A stretch of DNA of 64,000 nucleotides from an uncultured Pelagibacteraceae bacterium (GCA_902559565.1 CACEIH010000001.1:42730-106729); one strand, 5' to 3'. Numbered from the stretch's first letter, positions 1 to 10,302 are shown. Translations and numbers: made by a program. The notes: generated from the letters alone by a model not told the origin.

Positions 1-246
1 TCTTTAGTAGTTAAAGTAGATTTTGGAGAGGAAATTGGTGTTAAACAATCTTCAGCACAGATAACTCATTATTACAACGAAGAGAATTTAAAAGGAAAAC
101 AGGTAATTGGTATTTGTAATTTTCCTGAAAAAAATATTGCTGGAGTAGTTTCTCAGGTTTTGATTTTAGGGTCGATTGACAAAGAAGGTAAAGTAATCTT
201 AGTTCATCCATCACAAAAATCTGAAAATGGATTACCAATAGCTTAA
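1..246 (+). CDS. csaA: CsaA/Trbp111 tRNA-binding chaperone, 5'-truncated by window edge
   Basis: Read by hand in frame 1 (not in ORF track): SLVVKVDFGEEIGVKQSSAQITHYY...KQVIGICNFPEKNIAGVVSQVLILG...NGLPIA*, a typical CsaA OB-fold signature. Confidence 0.85.
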   Translation, partial: SLVVKVDFGEEIGVKQSSAQITHYYNEENLKGKQVIGICNFPEKNIAGVVSQVLILGSIDKEGKVILVHPSQKSENGLPIA

Positions 247-248
247 AT

Positions 249-839
249 ATGCATCCAGAAATATTTTCTATAGCATTATTTTGGTTTGTTACTGCTTATA
301 CACCTGGTCCAAATAATGTCGTTGCCTCTTATTCAGGATTTAATTTTGGAATAACCAAAACTATTCCGCATATACTTGGAGTTACTTTAGGATTTACATC
401 TTTAGTTCTATTTTTAAGTATTGGTTTAATAAATATCTTTAAATTATTTCCAATCATTCAATTAATAATAAAATATTTAGGTACATTGTTTTTGCTATAC
501 CTTGCTTTTAAAATTGCTTTTTCTGGTGGGTCTGGTGAGATAAAAAAAGAAAACCCAGTTAAATTTATTGAAACTTTTCTTTTTCAATATTTAAATCCAA
601 AAGGTGTATCGGTAGCAATAATTGTTGTTTCAACTTATGTTGAATTAGGAGAAAATTATATTAATTATGCGACTCAAGTAGTGCTTTTGGCTTTCTTATT
701 TTCATCAACTAGCATTACTTTATGGACTTTTATTGGAAAATTTTTGAGGAAATTTGCGACAAATGAGAAATTTATTAAGTACTTTAATTATGTTATGTCA
801 GTGCTTCTTCTTTTAAGCATAATTACATTTTATATATAA
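249..839 (+). CDS. LysE/RhtB family amino-acid exporter
   Basis: N-terminal TPGPNN motif, FQYLNPKG motif, about 6 hydrophobic segments. Confidence 0.9.
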   Translation: MHPEIFSIALFWFVTAYTPGPNNVVASYSGFNFGITKTIPHILGVTLGFTSLVLFLSIGLINIFKLFPIIQLIIKYLGTLFLLYLAFKIAFSGGSGEIKKENPVKFIETFLFQYLNPKGVSVAIIVVSTYVELGENYINYATQVVLLAFLFSSTSITLWTFIGKFLRKFATNEKFIKYFNYVMSVLLLLSIITFYI

Positions 840-842
840 AAT

Positions 843-3512
843 ATGAAACCAGGAATAAAAAATTCTTATAACTCATTATCAGATATAAAAGTTATGGGGA
901 GTAATTATAAATTTTATTCTCTTAAAAAAGCAGAAGAAAATGGATTAGATGGGATCACAAGGCTTCCAAAGTCACTAAAAGTTCTTTTAGAAAATCTACT
1001 AAGATATGAAGATGATTTATCAGTTACAAAAAATCAAATTGAAGCAATTAAAACTTGGTTGAAAGAAAAAAAATCTAAAACAGAAATTGCATATAGACCT
1101 GCTAGAGTTCTATTACAAGATTATACGGGAATACCTGCAGTTGCGGATTTAGCTGCAATGAGGGAAGCTGTAAAAAATAAGAATAAAGACCCTAATACTA
1201 TTAATCCATTGTCAGCAGTAGATCTTGTTATCGATCATTCAGTACAAGTAGATCAATCTGCAAAATCAGACTCTTTTGATAAAAATGTTGAAATAGAATT
1301 TAAAAGAAATGGAGAAAGATATTCATTTTTAAAATGGGGCCAACAAGCATTTAATAATTTTAGAATCGTTCCTCCTGGAACAGGAATATGTCATCAGGTA
1401 AATTTAGAATATTTATCTAAAGTAGTTTGGAGCGAAGAATATAAAGGAGAAAAATATCTTTTCCCAGACACACTAGTTGGAACCGATAGTCATACAACAA
1501 TGGTTAATGGTTTGTCAGTTTTAGGATGGGGAGTTGGAGGTATAGAAGCTGAAGCTGGTATGTTAGGTCAACCAATTTCAATGTTAATCCCAGAGGTAAT
1601 TGGTTTTGAAATAAAAAATAAGATGCCAGAAGGCACCACTGCAACAGATTTAGTTTTAACAGTTGTAAAAATGTTAAGAGACAAGGGTGTAGTTGGAAAA
1701 TTTGTTGAATTTTATGGAGAAGGTTTAAAAAATTTAACTTTAGCTGATCGTGCAACAATTGCTAACATGGCTCCTGAATATGGAGCTACCTGTGGTTTTT
1801 TTCCAATAGATGATGAAACTTTAAAATATTTAAAATTTTCAGGTCGAGATCAGTCTGTTGTGAGTATAGTTGAGAAATATGCCAAAGAACAAGGTCTATG
1901 GGCTAGTGAAGATATTGAGTTTACAGATACTTTATCTCTAGATATGTCAACAATTTTACCAACTATTTCAGGACCGAAAAGACCTCAAGATAAAGTATTG
2001 TTAACTGATGCATCTAAAAGTTTTAAGAATAGTTTTAAAGAAGCAACAAATAAAAAAGATTTTTCTATTTCAAAAGTTCCAAATACTGATTATGAAATAA
2101 AAGATGGTTCAATTTTAATTGCAGCAATCACATCTTGTACAAATACATCTAATCCTAATGTACTTATAGGGGCGGGATTACTTGCAAAAAAAGCTATAGA
2201 ACTTGGTCTAGAAGTAAAACCATGGGTAAAAACTTCATTAGCACCCGGATCACAAGTTGTGACTGATTATTTAGAAAAAGCTGGATTAAATACTTATCTA
2301 GATAAACTTGGTTTTAATTTAGTTGGATACGGATGCACTACTTGTATCGGAAATTCAGGACCACTTGCAGACAACATAGTTGAAGCAATTCAAAAAGAAA
2401 ACATTTATGCAGTATCAGTATTATCTGGAAATAGAAATTTTGAAGGAAGAATTTCACCACATATTAAAGCAAACTATTTGGCATCCCCACCATTAGTTGT
2501 AGCCTATGCATTAGCAGGCCATATGAGTTTTGATTTATATAAAGATTCTTTTGGAAAAGATAAAAATGGTAAAGAAATTTTATTAAAAGATATATGGCCA
2601 TCAAATAAAGAAATTGAGGATACATTAAAATCATCATTGAATGCAGATATGTTTGTAAAAAGATATTCAAATATTTCTGAAGGACCAAAACAATGGCAAC
2701 AAATTAAAACTGAAAAAAGTAGTATTTATAACTGGGAAGAAAACTCAACATATGTAAAAAAACCACCTTTTTTTGATGATTTATCAGATCAACCTGAAGG
2801 ATTTACAAAAATTGAGAATGCAAGACCACTATTAATATTAGGAGATATGGTAACGACAGATCATATTTCTCCTGCTGGTAATATTCAAAAAGAAAGTCCC
2901 ACAGGTGAGTATTTTATGAAACATCAAATTTTACCAAAAGATTATAATTCATATGGTTCGCGAAGAGGAAATCACGAAGTTATGATGAGAGGAACATTTG
3001 CCAATATAAGAATAAGAAATGAAATGGCTCCTGGTACAGAAGGTGGTTTTACAAAACTATATCCAGAAGAAAAGGTTATGCCAGTTTATGATGCAGTTGT
3101 TGAATATAAAAAAAGAGGAATAGATCTAGTAGTAATTGGAGGAAAGGAATATGGAACAGGCTCTTCTAGAGATTGGGCAGCTAAAGGCACTAAATTATTA
3201 GGTGTTAAAGTGGTAATAGCTGAAAGTTTTGAGAGAATTCATAGATCAAATTTAATTGGAATGGGAATTTTACCTTTGCAATTTACAAACAATGTTAATA
3301 GAAAAAATCTCAATCTGATTGGTTCTGAATTAATCAGCATTAAAGAAATTGAAAAAGGAGTGAGTCCATCAGACAAGGTCACAATAGAGATAAAATATGC
3401 TTCAGGGGAAATCAAAAAAATAGAAACATTATGTAGGATAGATACTAAAAATGAATTAGAGTACTACAAAAATGGCGGAATACTTCAATACGTTTTAAGA
3501 AATATGATTTAG
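843..3512 (+). CDS. acnA: Aconitate hydratase AcnA
   Basis: RVLLQDYTG, DHSVQVD, ITSCTNTSNP, GYGCTTCIGNSG (Fe-S Cys), GSSRDWAAKG; 889 aa. Confidence 0.98.
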   Translation: MKPGIKNSYNSLSDIKVMGSNYKFYSLKKAEENGLDGITRLPKSLKVLLENLLRYEDDLSVTKNQIEAIKTWLKEKKSKTEIAYRPARVLLQDYTGIPAVADLAAMREAVKNKNKDPNTINPLSAVDLVIDHSVQVDQSAKSDSFDKNVEIEFKRNGERYSFLKWGQQAFNNFRIVPPGTGICHQVNLEYLSKVVWSEEYKGEKYLFPDTLVGTDSHTTMVNGLSVLGWGVGGIEAEAGMLGQPISMLIPEVIGFEIKNKMPEGTTATDLVLTVVKMLRDKGVVGKFVEFYGEGLKNLTLADRATIANMAPEYGATCGFFPIDDETLKYLKFSGRDQSVVSIVEKYAKEQGLWASEDIEFTDTLSLDMSTILPTISGPKRPQDKVLLTDASKSFKNSFKEATNKKDFSISKVPNTDYEIKDGSILIAAITSCTNTSNPNVLIGAGLLAKKAIELGLEVKPWVKTSLAPGSQVVTDYLEKAGLNTYLDKLGFNLVGYGCTTCIGNSGPLADNIVEAIQKENIYAVSVLSGNRNFEGRISPHIKANYLASPPLVVAYALAGHMSFDLYKDSFGKDKNGKEILLKDIWPSNKEIEDTLKSSLNADMFVKRYSNISEGPKQWQQIKTEKSSIYNWEENSTYVKKPPFFDDLSDQPEGFTKIENARPLLILGDMVTTDHISPAGNIQKESPTGEYFMKHQILPKDYNSYGSRRGNHEVMMRGTFANIRIRNEMAPGTEGGFTKLYPEEKVMPVYDAVVEYKKRGIDLVVIGGKEYGTGSSRDWAAKGTKLLGVKVVIAESFERIHRSNLIGMGILPLQFTNNVNRKNLNLIGSELISIKEIEKGVSPSDKVTIEIKYASGEIKKIETLCRIDTKNELEYYKNGGILQYVLRNMI

Positions 3513-3514
3513 TT

Positions 3515-4156
3515 ATGGATGAAGAGATTTCAATAATTGATGCAAAAACAAGAAATGAAAAAATTAGAGATTTTTTAATTAATAATAAAAAAAGAATAAT
3601 TATATCTTTAATAATTGTTATTATAATTTTTTTAAGTTTTTTTGGCTTTAAAATAAATAAAGATTCAAAAAAGAAACAAATCTCCGAAATTTATAATAAA
3701 GCTGTAATTTATCATTCTAATGGAGATTTAAATGCAGCAAGAGATTTGCTAAGTATGTTAGTAAGAGAGGAAGATCCAACGTATTCCCCTTTAGCTCTTT
3801 ATTTCATAATTGATAATAATTTAAAAGAAGATCAAGAAGTTAATAATCTTTTTGATATTTTGATTAATAAGACTTCTTTAGAAGATGAAATTAAAAATCT
3901 AATAATTTATAAAAAAGCACTTTATAATGCAGATACAGCTAATGAAAATGATTTATTAAAAATTTTGAATCCATTAATAAACTCTAAGAGTGTTTGGAAA
4001 TCTCATGGATTATATTTAGTAGCTGAGTATTATTTTGCCAAAAATGAAAAAGAAAAATCTAAAGAATTTTTTAATAAGATTTTGCTCACTGAAAATGCTA
4101 ATCAAGAAATTCTAAAGGAAACACAGAAAAGACTTAATAGAGATCTTAGTGAATAA
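3515..4156 (+). CDS. YfgM/DUF2659-like single-TM TPR protein
   Basis: N-terminal TM helix followed by helical repeats; directly upstream of bamB-like gene, the usual yfgM-bamB order. Confidence 0.6.
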   Translation: MDEEISIIDAKTRNEKIRDFLINNKKRIIISLIIVIIIFLSFFGFKINKDSKKKQISEIYNKAVIYHSNGDLNAARDLLSMLVREEDPTYSPLALYFIIDNNLKEDQEVNNLFDILINKTSLEDEIKNLIIYKKALYNADTANENDLLKILNPLINSKSVWKSHGLYLVAEYYFAKNEKEKSKEFFNKILLTENANQEILKETQKRLNRDLSE

Positions 4157-5447
4157 AAAGATTTATTTATTTATAATTTTTTTTTTAATCTCAGGATGTT
4201 CTTTAAATAAAAATTCTGAATTTTGGACATCATCAAAGAAAATTGTATTAGAAAGAGGTTTTGATGAAGTATTAAAAGATGAAAGTGTTATAAAAAAAGA
4301 ATTTAATTCTAATATTAAATTAAAATTAGAAAAAATATTTAATGATAATTCTTATGAATCATTATTATTAAATAACCCTGGAAGATCAAATTTTGATAGT
4401 GAATTAAAAAAAATTTCAAAATATAAATTTTCAAAAATTAAAAATTATCACCAATATGAACCTGAAATTTTGTTTAATAAAAATAGAGTGATTTTTTTTG
4501 AAAATAAAGGAACCATATTACAGTTTGATGAAAATTCTAAATTGATTTGGAAAAAAAATTATTATACCAAAACTGAAAAAAAGCTTAATCCGATTTTGCA
4601 ATTTGCCAATAATGATAAATATATGGTTATTGCAGATAATATTGCAAAAATTTATCTTTTAGATTTAAAATCAGGAAATTTAATTTGGTCAAAATATAAT
4701 ACAGCTCCATTTAATTCTCAAATAAAAATTTATAAAGATAAATTTTTTGTTATAGATTTTTCTAATACATTAAGATGTTATTCTCTTAAAGATGGAAAAG
4801 AATTATGGAACATAAAGACAGAAAATGCACTAATAAGATCCCAAAAAAAACTTTCTATGGTCATTTTTCAGGACAAAATTTATTTTAATAATTCTATAGG
4901 TGATATTACAGCTGTTGATATTAATAAAGGAGATATGTTATGGCAGCTACCTACTCAAGGATCTGATATTTATGAGTCAGCATTCTCTCTTGAAACTTCT
5001 GATATAATTTCTGACGGTAAAGATTTATTTTTTTCAAATAATAGAAATGAATTTTTTTCAGTAGACATGAAATCTGGAAATTTTAAATGGAAAAATAACA
5101 TAAATGCCAATGTTAGACCTATAGTAATTGATAAATTATTACTTACAGTTTCTATTGATGGATATTTAATGATCGTAGAAAAAGACTCAGGCAACATAAT
5201 AAGAATTACAGATGTATTTGATAAATTTAAATTAAAAAAAAGACCAAAAATTAATCCTACAGGTTTTATAATTGGATCAAATAAAATTTATTTATCTACG
5301 AGTAATGGTAGATTGTTAATTATTGATTTATCTGATGGAAGAACAAAATCAGTTTTAAAAATTGATAATGAAAAGATCTCAAGCCCTTTAATTATAGAAA
5401 AAAATTTATTTGTGACAAAAGATAATTCTCTAATAAAATTGAATTGA
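4149..5447 (+). CDS. bamB: BamB-like PQQ beta-propeller lipoprotein
   Basis: Lipobox ISGC; repeated GxxxW motifs (SGNLIW, DGKELW, KGDMLW, SGNFKW). Confidence 0.7.
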   Translation: MNKKIYLFIIFFLISGCSLNKNSEFWTSSKKIVLERGFDEVLKDESVIKKEFNSNIKLKLEKIFNDNSYESLLLNNPGRSNFDSELKKISKYKFSKIKNYHQYEPEILFNKNRVIFFENKGTILQFDENSKLIWKKNYYTKTEKKLNPILQFANNDKYMVIADNIAKIYLLDLKSGNLIWSKYNTAPFNSQIKIYKDKFFVIDFSNTLRCYSLKDGKELWNIKTENALIRSQKKLSMVIFQDKIYFNNSIGDITAVDINKGDMLWQLPTQGSDIYESAFSLETSDIISDGKDLFFSNNRNEFFSVDMKSGNFKWKNNINANVRPIVIDKLLLTVSIDGYLMIVEKDSGNIIRITDVFDKFKLKKRPKINPTGFIIGSNKIYLSTSNGRLLIIDLSDGRTKSVLKIDNEKISSPLIIEKNLFVTKDNSLIKLN

Positions 5448-5878
5448 TGATTCTTAAATTACTAGAAAAAATTGGTAGAAAAAAAGTTGTTTTAGATAGA
5501 GGCCCTTCACATCCAAGATTTGACCAAGCTAAACCTTGGATGAATCGTTATTATGTTTTATTTAGAAATCGTCCTAAATGGTTTCCATTTAATATATTAA
5601 TCCATGAAATGTTAGCTAATGACCATGGTGAAGGTGTACACAACCATTTATGCCCTTATATAACTATTATAATTAGAGGTGGATATTGGGAAACTACTAT
5701 AAAAGGTAAATTTTGGAGGAAACCTGGTTACATAGGGTTTCGTTCAGCTAACTCATATCATAGGGTTGATTTAAAAGATGGAACTAAACCAATGACAATT
5801 TTTATACCAGGACCTTTTGGATTAAGAAATGGACCAAGATCGGAATATGGCATCGATTTTAAAACAAAAAAGAATTAA
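5444..5878 (+). CDS. Hypothetical cupin-like metal-binding protein
   Basis: HNH...IIIRGGYWE...YHRV cupin-type ligand pattern; overlaps both neighbours (ATGA, TAATG). Confidence 0.65.
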   Translation: MMILKLLEKIGRKKVVLDRGPSHPRFDQAKPWMNRYYVLFRNRPKWFPFNILIHEMLANDHGEGVHNHLCPYITIIIRGGYWETTIKGKFWRKPGYIGFRSANSYHRVDLKDGTKPMTIFIPGPFGLRNGPRSEYGIDFKTKKN

Positions 5879-6927
5879 TGTTAAAAAACCTAGAGGAAAA
5901 ATTTAATCTTTATTGTAGTTCAAAAAATTTTGAAATTAACCAAAATCAAATTTTGGTAATTAAAAAACTTCAAAAATATTATAAAGAAAATTTTAAATCA
6001 TTTATTTCAAAATTTTTTTCAAAAGGATATTCAAAAAAAGGATTTTACCTTTATGGAGATGTAGGCGTTGGAAAAACTATGATTGCAGATTTCTTTTATA
6101 AAGAAATAAATGAGAAAAAAATAAGACTTCACTTTAATGAATTTATGTTAAATTTTCATAATTTTGTTAATGAAAGAAAAGATGAGAAAGAACAAAATAT
6201 TATAAATTTGTTTGTAAGAAATCTAAAATCAAAAGTTTCCTTAATCTATTTTGATGAATTTCAAGTAACCAATATTGTGGACGCAATGATACTAGGAAAA
6301 TTATTTGAAGAAATATTCAAAGAAAATATTAAAATAATCTTAACATCAAATATAAAGATATCAGAACTTTATAAAGATGGTCTCCAAAGAGATCAATTTA
6401 AACCATTTATTAAAATTATGGAGGAAAGATCTTTTGAGCATGAACTAAAAATTGAAGATGATTATCGAAAATCGAAAGAAAATCAAAAACAAAGATATTT
6501 TTTTCCATTAAATAAGGAAACTAATTTTAAGATAAATAAATTTTTTAGAACTATAACAAGAGATAAAAAAAAGCTTAATCAAGTCATAAATGTAAAAGGA
6601 AGAGATTTTGAAATTAAAAGATATTTTGAAGGTATATCTAGATTTGATTTCAAAGACTTGTGTGATCAAAATTTAGGTGGAGAAGATTATTTGGAAATTG
6701 CAAAAATTTCCAATTTTATTGTAATTGAAAATATACCACAATTTAACGATATTAATTCAAATCAACAGCACAGATTTATAACTTTAATTGATATAATATA
6801 TGATAAAGATATTCCAATTGCTGTCACAGCTAATCAAAAATTAGATCAACTTTCCTCATCAAAATCTTTAGAGAAACAATTTAAACGTACCATTAGCCGT
6901 TTATATGAGCTAACATCTATAGACTAA
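5878..6927 (+). CDS. zapE: Cell division ATPase ZapE (AFG1 family)
   Basis: GFYLYGDVGVGKT, RLHFNEFM, FDEFQVTNIVDAMIL, LYKDGLQR, RTISRLYE. Confidence 0.92.
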   Translation: MLKNLEEKFNLYCSSKNFEINQNQILVIKKLQKYYKENFKSFISKFFSKGYSKKGFYLYGDVGVGKTMIADFFYKEINEKKIRLHFNEFMLNFHNFVNERKDEKEQNIINLFVRNLKSKVSLIYFDEFQVTNIVDAMILGKLFEEIFKENIKIILTSNIKISELYKDGLQRDQFKPFIKIMEERSFEHELKIEDDYRKSKENQKQRYFFPLNKETNFKINKFFRTITRDKKKLNQVINVKGRDFEIKRYFEGISRFDFKDLCDQNLGGEDYLEIAKISNFIVIENIPQFNDINSNQQHRFITLIDIIYDKDIPIAVTANQKLDQLSSSKSLEKQFKRTISRLYELTSID

Positions 6928-6932
6928 AAGCA

Positions 6933-7352
6933 ATGATTCAAGAATTTTATAATCTTCAAATTAATACAAATGGGCAAAAACTTTATGAATTTACTAATCA
7001 AACAATTGAATGGATCAGAAAAAAAAAACTTAAAGATGGAATGCTTAATTTAACCATTCAACACACCAGTGCATCACTAATTGTACAAGAGAACGCTGAT
7101 CCAGATGTTCAGACTGATCTATTGAATTATTTTGATAATTTAGCTCCAATGAATAATAAATTATATACTCATACAACTGAAGGAAAAGATGATATGCCTG
7201 CTCACATAAAATCTGCATTAACAAATAATCAAATTTCTTTAAGTATCAAAAATAGTGAATTATTACTTGGAACTTGGCAGGGGATATATCTTTTTGAACA
7301 TAGACTAAATCCACAAACAAGAACAGTTATTCACCACTTTTTAGGAACTTAA
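6933..7352 (+). CDS. yjbQ: YjbQ/UPF0047 secondary thiamine-phosphate synthase family
   Basis: HTSASL..QENADPDV, EGKDDMPAHIK, LGTWQGIYLFEHR. Confidence 0.9.
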   Translation: MIQEFYNLQINTNGQKLYEFTNQTIEWIRKKKLKDGMLNLTIQHTSASLIVQENADPDVQTDLLNYFDNLAPMNNKLYTHTTEGKDDMPAHIKSALTNNQISLSIKNSELLLGTWQGIYLFEHRLNPQTRTVIHHFLGT

Positions 7353-7356
7353 AATT

Positions 7357-7818
7357 TTATCTGTAAGGATTGTAAGCCCATTGTAAGATAGCTTGTCTTT
7401 GTCTTTTTCTACAGCCCAGGTCTCCTTTTTCACAATTTTTTTCAATGGCCAAGACATGTCTTCTAAAATTTTTCCACCTTTTAATTTGTATTTCATCTAT
7501 ATGTGGAATTCTTCTCCCATTAGTAAACCTACAATACCATTGAAACCAACCAAGAGGATCTTCTTTGAAAATCCATCCTTTTTCAATCCAATGTTCTCTT
7601 GATAATCCTGATACAATTTTAAATCTATTTAAATTTACGTCAAAAGTTTTGCTTAATTTTACATTTTTGAACCAAGATTTTGGATACTCTTTTACATTTA
7701 AGCCAAAATAAGCTCCTCCAAAAACACCAAGCTCCATCATTCTTTTTGGAGTTAACTCAGGTTTAAAAATCTTATAAAAATCTAAGTTTTCAACTTTTTT
7801 TTTTAATATTTTTTTCAT
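7357..7818 (-). CDS. Conserved hypothetical Trp/Arg-rich protein (153 aa)
   Basis: FKPELTPK.MM.LGVFGG.YF, DPLGWFQWYCRF, QIKRW, RQAILQWAY; start moved to ATG 7818 to remove overlap with dpaL. Confidence 0.75.
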   Translation of the reverse strand: MKKILKKKVENLDFYKIFKPELTPKRMMELGVFGGAYFGLNVKEYPKSWFKNVKLSKTFDVNLNRFKIVSGLSREHWIEKGWIFKEDPLGWFQWYCRFTNGRRIPHIDEIQIKRWKNFRRHVLAIEKNCEKGDLGCRKRQRQAILQWAYNPYR

Positions 7819-7828
7819 TAAATAATTT

Positions 7829-8956
7829 TTATTGGTTGATGAGTTTTTGATACATTTCTTGATCTGTATCACCCTCACATCCAATTAGTAAAATATTTGA
7901 ATCTTTATTTAGTTTCATTTTATCTTTTATTTTTTCATCCTCACAACTTGCTATTAAGCTTATAACTCCAGGAGCAGAATTTTCACCTGCTATAATTTTT
8001 TTGTTACTAAAGTTTCCATTACCTAATAATTTCATAGTTTTTGCAATATCATCATCTGGCAAACTAATACAATATTTAACTGCATTTTTTAAAATTTCCC
8101 ATGGGACTAATGATACTTCACCACACGACATTCCACCCATTAAGCTTTCTCTCTTAATATCTATCTTTTCAATTTTACCTGTTTTTATACTTTCCATAAC
8201 ACATGCAGCACTATCAGGTTCTACAATTATAATTTCAGGCACATTTTGTAAGTATCTTGCAATACCTGAGATCATTGCGCCTGCCATTCCTCCTACACCT
8301 GCTTGTAAAATAATATGAGAAATTTTATTTTGATCAATCTGATCTACAATTTCTTTCATCATAACTGTATAACCAGCCATTGTGTACTTTGGAACAATCA
8401 TGTAATCTTTCCAAGCAACATCCTGAACTATTTGCCAATTATTTTCTGTTGATTGTTTTATACATTCAATTAAAGATTTTTCATAATTACCTTTTACTTT
8501 GATTACGTCAGCTCCAAGATCTGCCATTGCTTTTCCTCTTGCATCACTCACAAACTCACTTATAAAAATTTTACATCTTAAACCAAGTCTTTTAGCTCCC
8601 CAGGCAACAGATCTGCCATGATTGCCTGCTGTAGCAGTAGAGACAATAATATCTTTGTTATCTTTAGAAACTTTTTCTACCGCATAAGCCCCACCAAGAG
8701 CTTTAAAGGACTTGAGATCAAATCTCTTACTTTCATCTTTATAAAATATCTTATTTAAATTTAATTCTTCTGAAAGTTTATTAAGCTCAACTAAAGGTGT
8801 TGGAGAATATCCTTGCCAACCAGAAATGCTTGAATAGGCTTCATCAATATCTTTAGTAGATAATGAATTTAAAATTTTATTTTTATCAAATGAAAAATTT
8901 TTATTCTCAATAAATTCACTGTGTTTCCACAAATGGCCGTTAGATAAAATCTTCAT
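7829..8956 (-). CDS. dpaL: Diaminopropionate ammonia-lyase family (PLP fold II)
   Basis: KDESKRFDLKSFKALGG (PLP Lys), AGNHGRSVAWGA, IVQDVAW, QAGVGGMA, GCEGDTD. Confidence 0.85.
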   Translation of the reverse strand: MKILSNGHLWKHSEFIENKNFSFDKNKILNSLSTKDIDEAYSSISGWQGYSPTPLVELNKLSEELNLNKIFYKDESKRFDLKSFKALGGAYAVEKVSKDNKDIIVSTATAGNHGRSVAWGAKRLGLRCKIFISEFVSDARGKAMADLGADVIKVKGNYEKSLIECIKQSTENNWQIVQDVAWKDYMIVPKYTMAGYTVMMKEIVDQIDQNKISHIILQAGVGGMAGAMISGIARYLQNVPEIIIVEPDSAACVMESIKTGKIEKIDIKRESLMGGMSCGEVSLVPWEILKNAVKYCISLPDDDIAKTMKLLGNGNFSNKKIIAGENSAPGVISLIASCEDEKIKDKMKLNKDSNILLIGCEGDTDQEMYQKLINQ

Positions 8957-8959
8957 ATA

Positions 8960-10285
8960 CTAACAGTCTAGCGTATTATCTCTTTCCCACCTAGTGATAG
9001 CTTTTGTTTTATCGAAACTCTCTTGCTTTTTGAATTCATCTATCTCAGAACTTCTTAATTTAATGTAACTATTTATTGTTTCTTCTCCAAAAGCTTCATT
9101 CATACTTTTATTGCTTGCTAATTTTGTGAGAGATTGTTCTAATTCATCTGGAAGTTTTTGAAGATCAGGATATTTTTTATAATCTTCATACATATTACAA
9201 TTTAATGGTTTTCCTGGATCAATCTTATTTTTTAATCCATCCAAACCCGCAGCTAATACACTTGCCTGTAATAAATAAGGGTTTACGGAACCATCCATCA
9301 ATCTTAACTCAAATCTGCCTGGATCAGGAATTCTAATCATGTGAGTTCTATTATTACCAGTATAAGAAATACTACTTGGTGACCATGATGCCCCTGATTT
9401 TGTTGGAGGTGCATTAATTCTTCTATAACTGTTTATTGTTGGATTAAAAAAAGCTGATAGAGAGGATGCATTTTTAATTACACCACCTAAAAAATTGTAA
9501 GCCATCTTACTTAACCCTAGGCTATTTGATTTATCCAAAAACTTATTTTTATTTCCATCCCAGACAGAAATATGAGCATGACATCCATTGCCAGTTAAAT
9601 TTTCAAACGGTTTAGGCATAAATGTAGCTCTCAATCCATGTTTTTCAGCAATAGTTTTGACCATGAATTTAAAGAAAGTGTGTCTATCCGCAGTTACTAA
9701 ACAATCATCATAATCCCAGTTCATTTCAAACTGACCGTTAGCATCTTCGTGATCATTTTGATAAGGACCCCATCCCATCTCAATCATACAATCACAAATT
9801 TCTTTAATTAAATCATATCTTCTCATTAAAGCTGATTGATCATAACAGGGCTTTGATTGAGTATCTCTAGAGTCTGCTATTGAATTGCCATCTGGTGAAA
9901 TAAGAAAGTATTCACACTCAACACCAGACTTCATTGTTAGACCTTTTTTTTGAAGTTTTTTAATTTGATTTTTAAGCATTACTCTCGGGGATGCCTCGAC
10001 TGGTTTTCCATTCATCCAAAGATCTGATGCAAGCCACCCAACTTCCTTATTCCAAGGCAATTGAATAAGACTATCAGGATCGGGAATACCAAACATATCA
10101 GAGTCTGCAGGAGACATATCTAACCATGCCGCAAACCCAGCAAATCCAGCTCCAGCTTCCTGCATTTCTTTAATTGCTCTTGCAGGCACTAGTTTTGATC
10201 TTAGCACTCCAAATAAATCGACAAAACTAATTAAGAAATATTTAATTTTTTTTTCTTTAGCTATTTTGAATAAATTTTTTGACAT
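8960..10285 (-). CDS. gmaS: Gamma-glutamylmethylamide synthetase (GlnT-type glutamine synthetase family)
   Basis: LRSKLVPA, GAGFAGFA, YQNDHEDANGQFEMNW, TGNGCHAHIS, SGASWSP, NNRTHMIRIP; methylamine gene context. Confidence 0.88.
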   Translation of the reverse strand: MSKNLFKIAKEKKIKYFLISFVDLFGVLRSKLVPARAIKEMQEAGAGFAGFAAWLDMSPADSDMFGIPDPDSLIQLPWNKEVGWLASDLWMNGKPVEASPRVMLKNQIKKLQKKGLTMKSGVECEYFLISPDGNSIADSRDTQSKPCYDQSALMRRYDLIKEICDCMIEMGWGPYQNDHEDANGQFEMNWDYDDCLVTADRHTFFKFMVKTIAEKHGLRATFMPKPFENLTGNGCHAHISVWDGNKNKFLDKSNSLGLSKMAYNFLGGVIKNASSLSAFFNPTINSYRRINAPPTKSGASWSPSSISYTGNNRTHMIRIPDPGRFELRLMDGSVNPYLLQASVLAAGLDGLKNKIDPGKPLNCNMYEDYKKYPDLQKLPDELEQSLTKLASNKSMNEAFGEETINSYIKLRSSEIDEFKKQESFDKTKAITRWERDNTLDC

Positions 10286-10302
10286 AGATTAGGTTAACAT
10301 AG

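Noticed and set aside
41-238. 65-aa minus-strand ORF in the ORF track
   Set aside because: Antisense shadow of csaA on the plus strand
8960-10285. Housekeeping glnA
   Set aside because: GlnT/GmaS-type motifs and methylamine context; no adjacent glnB
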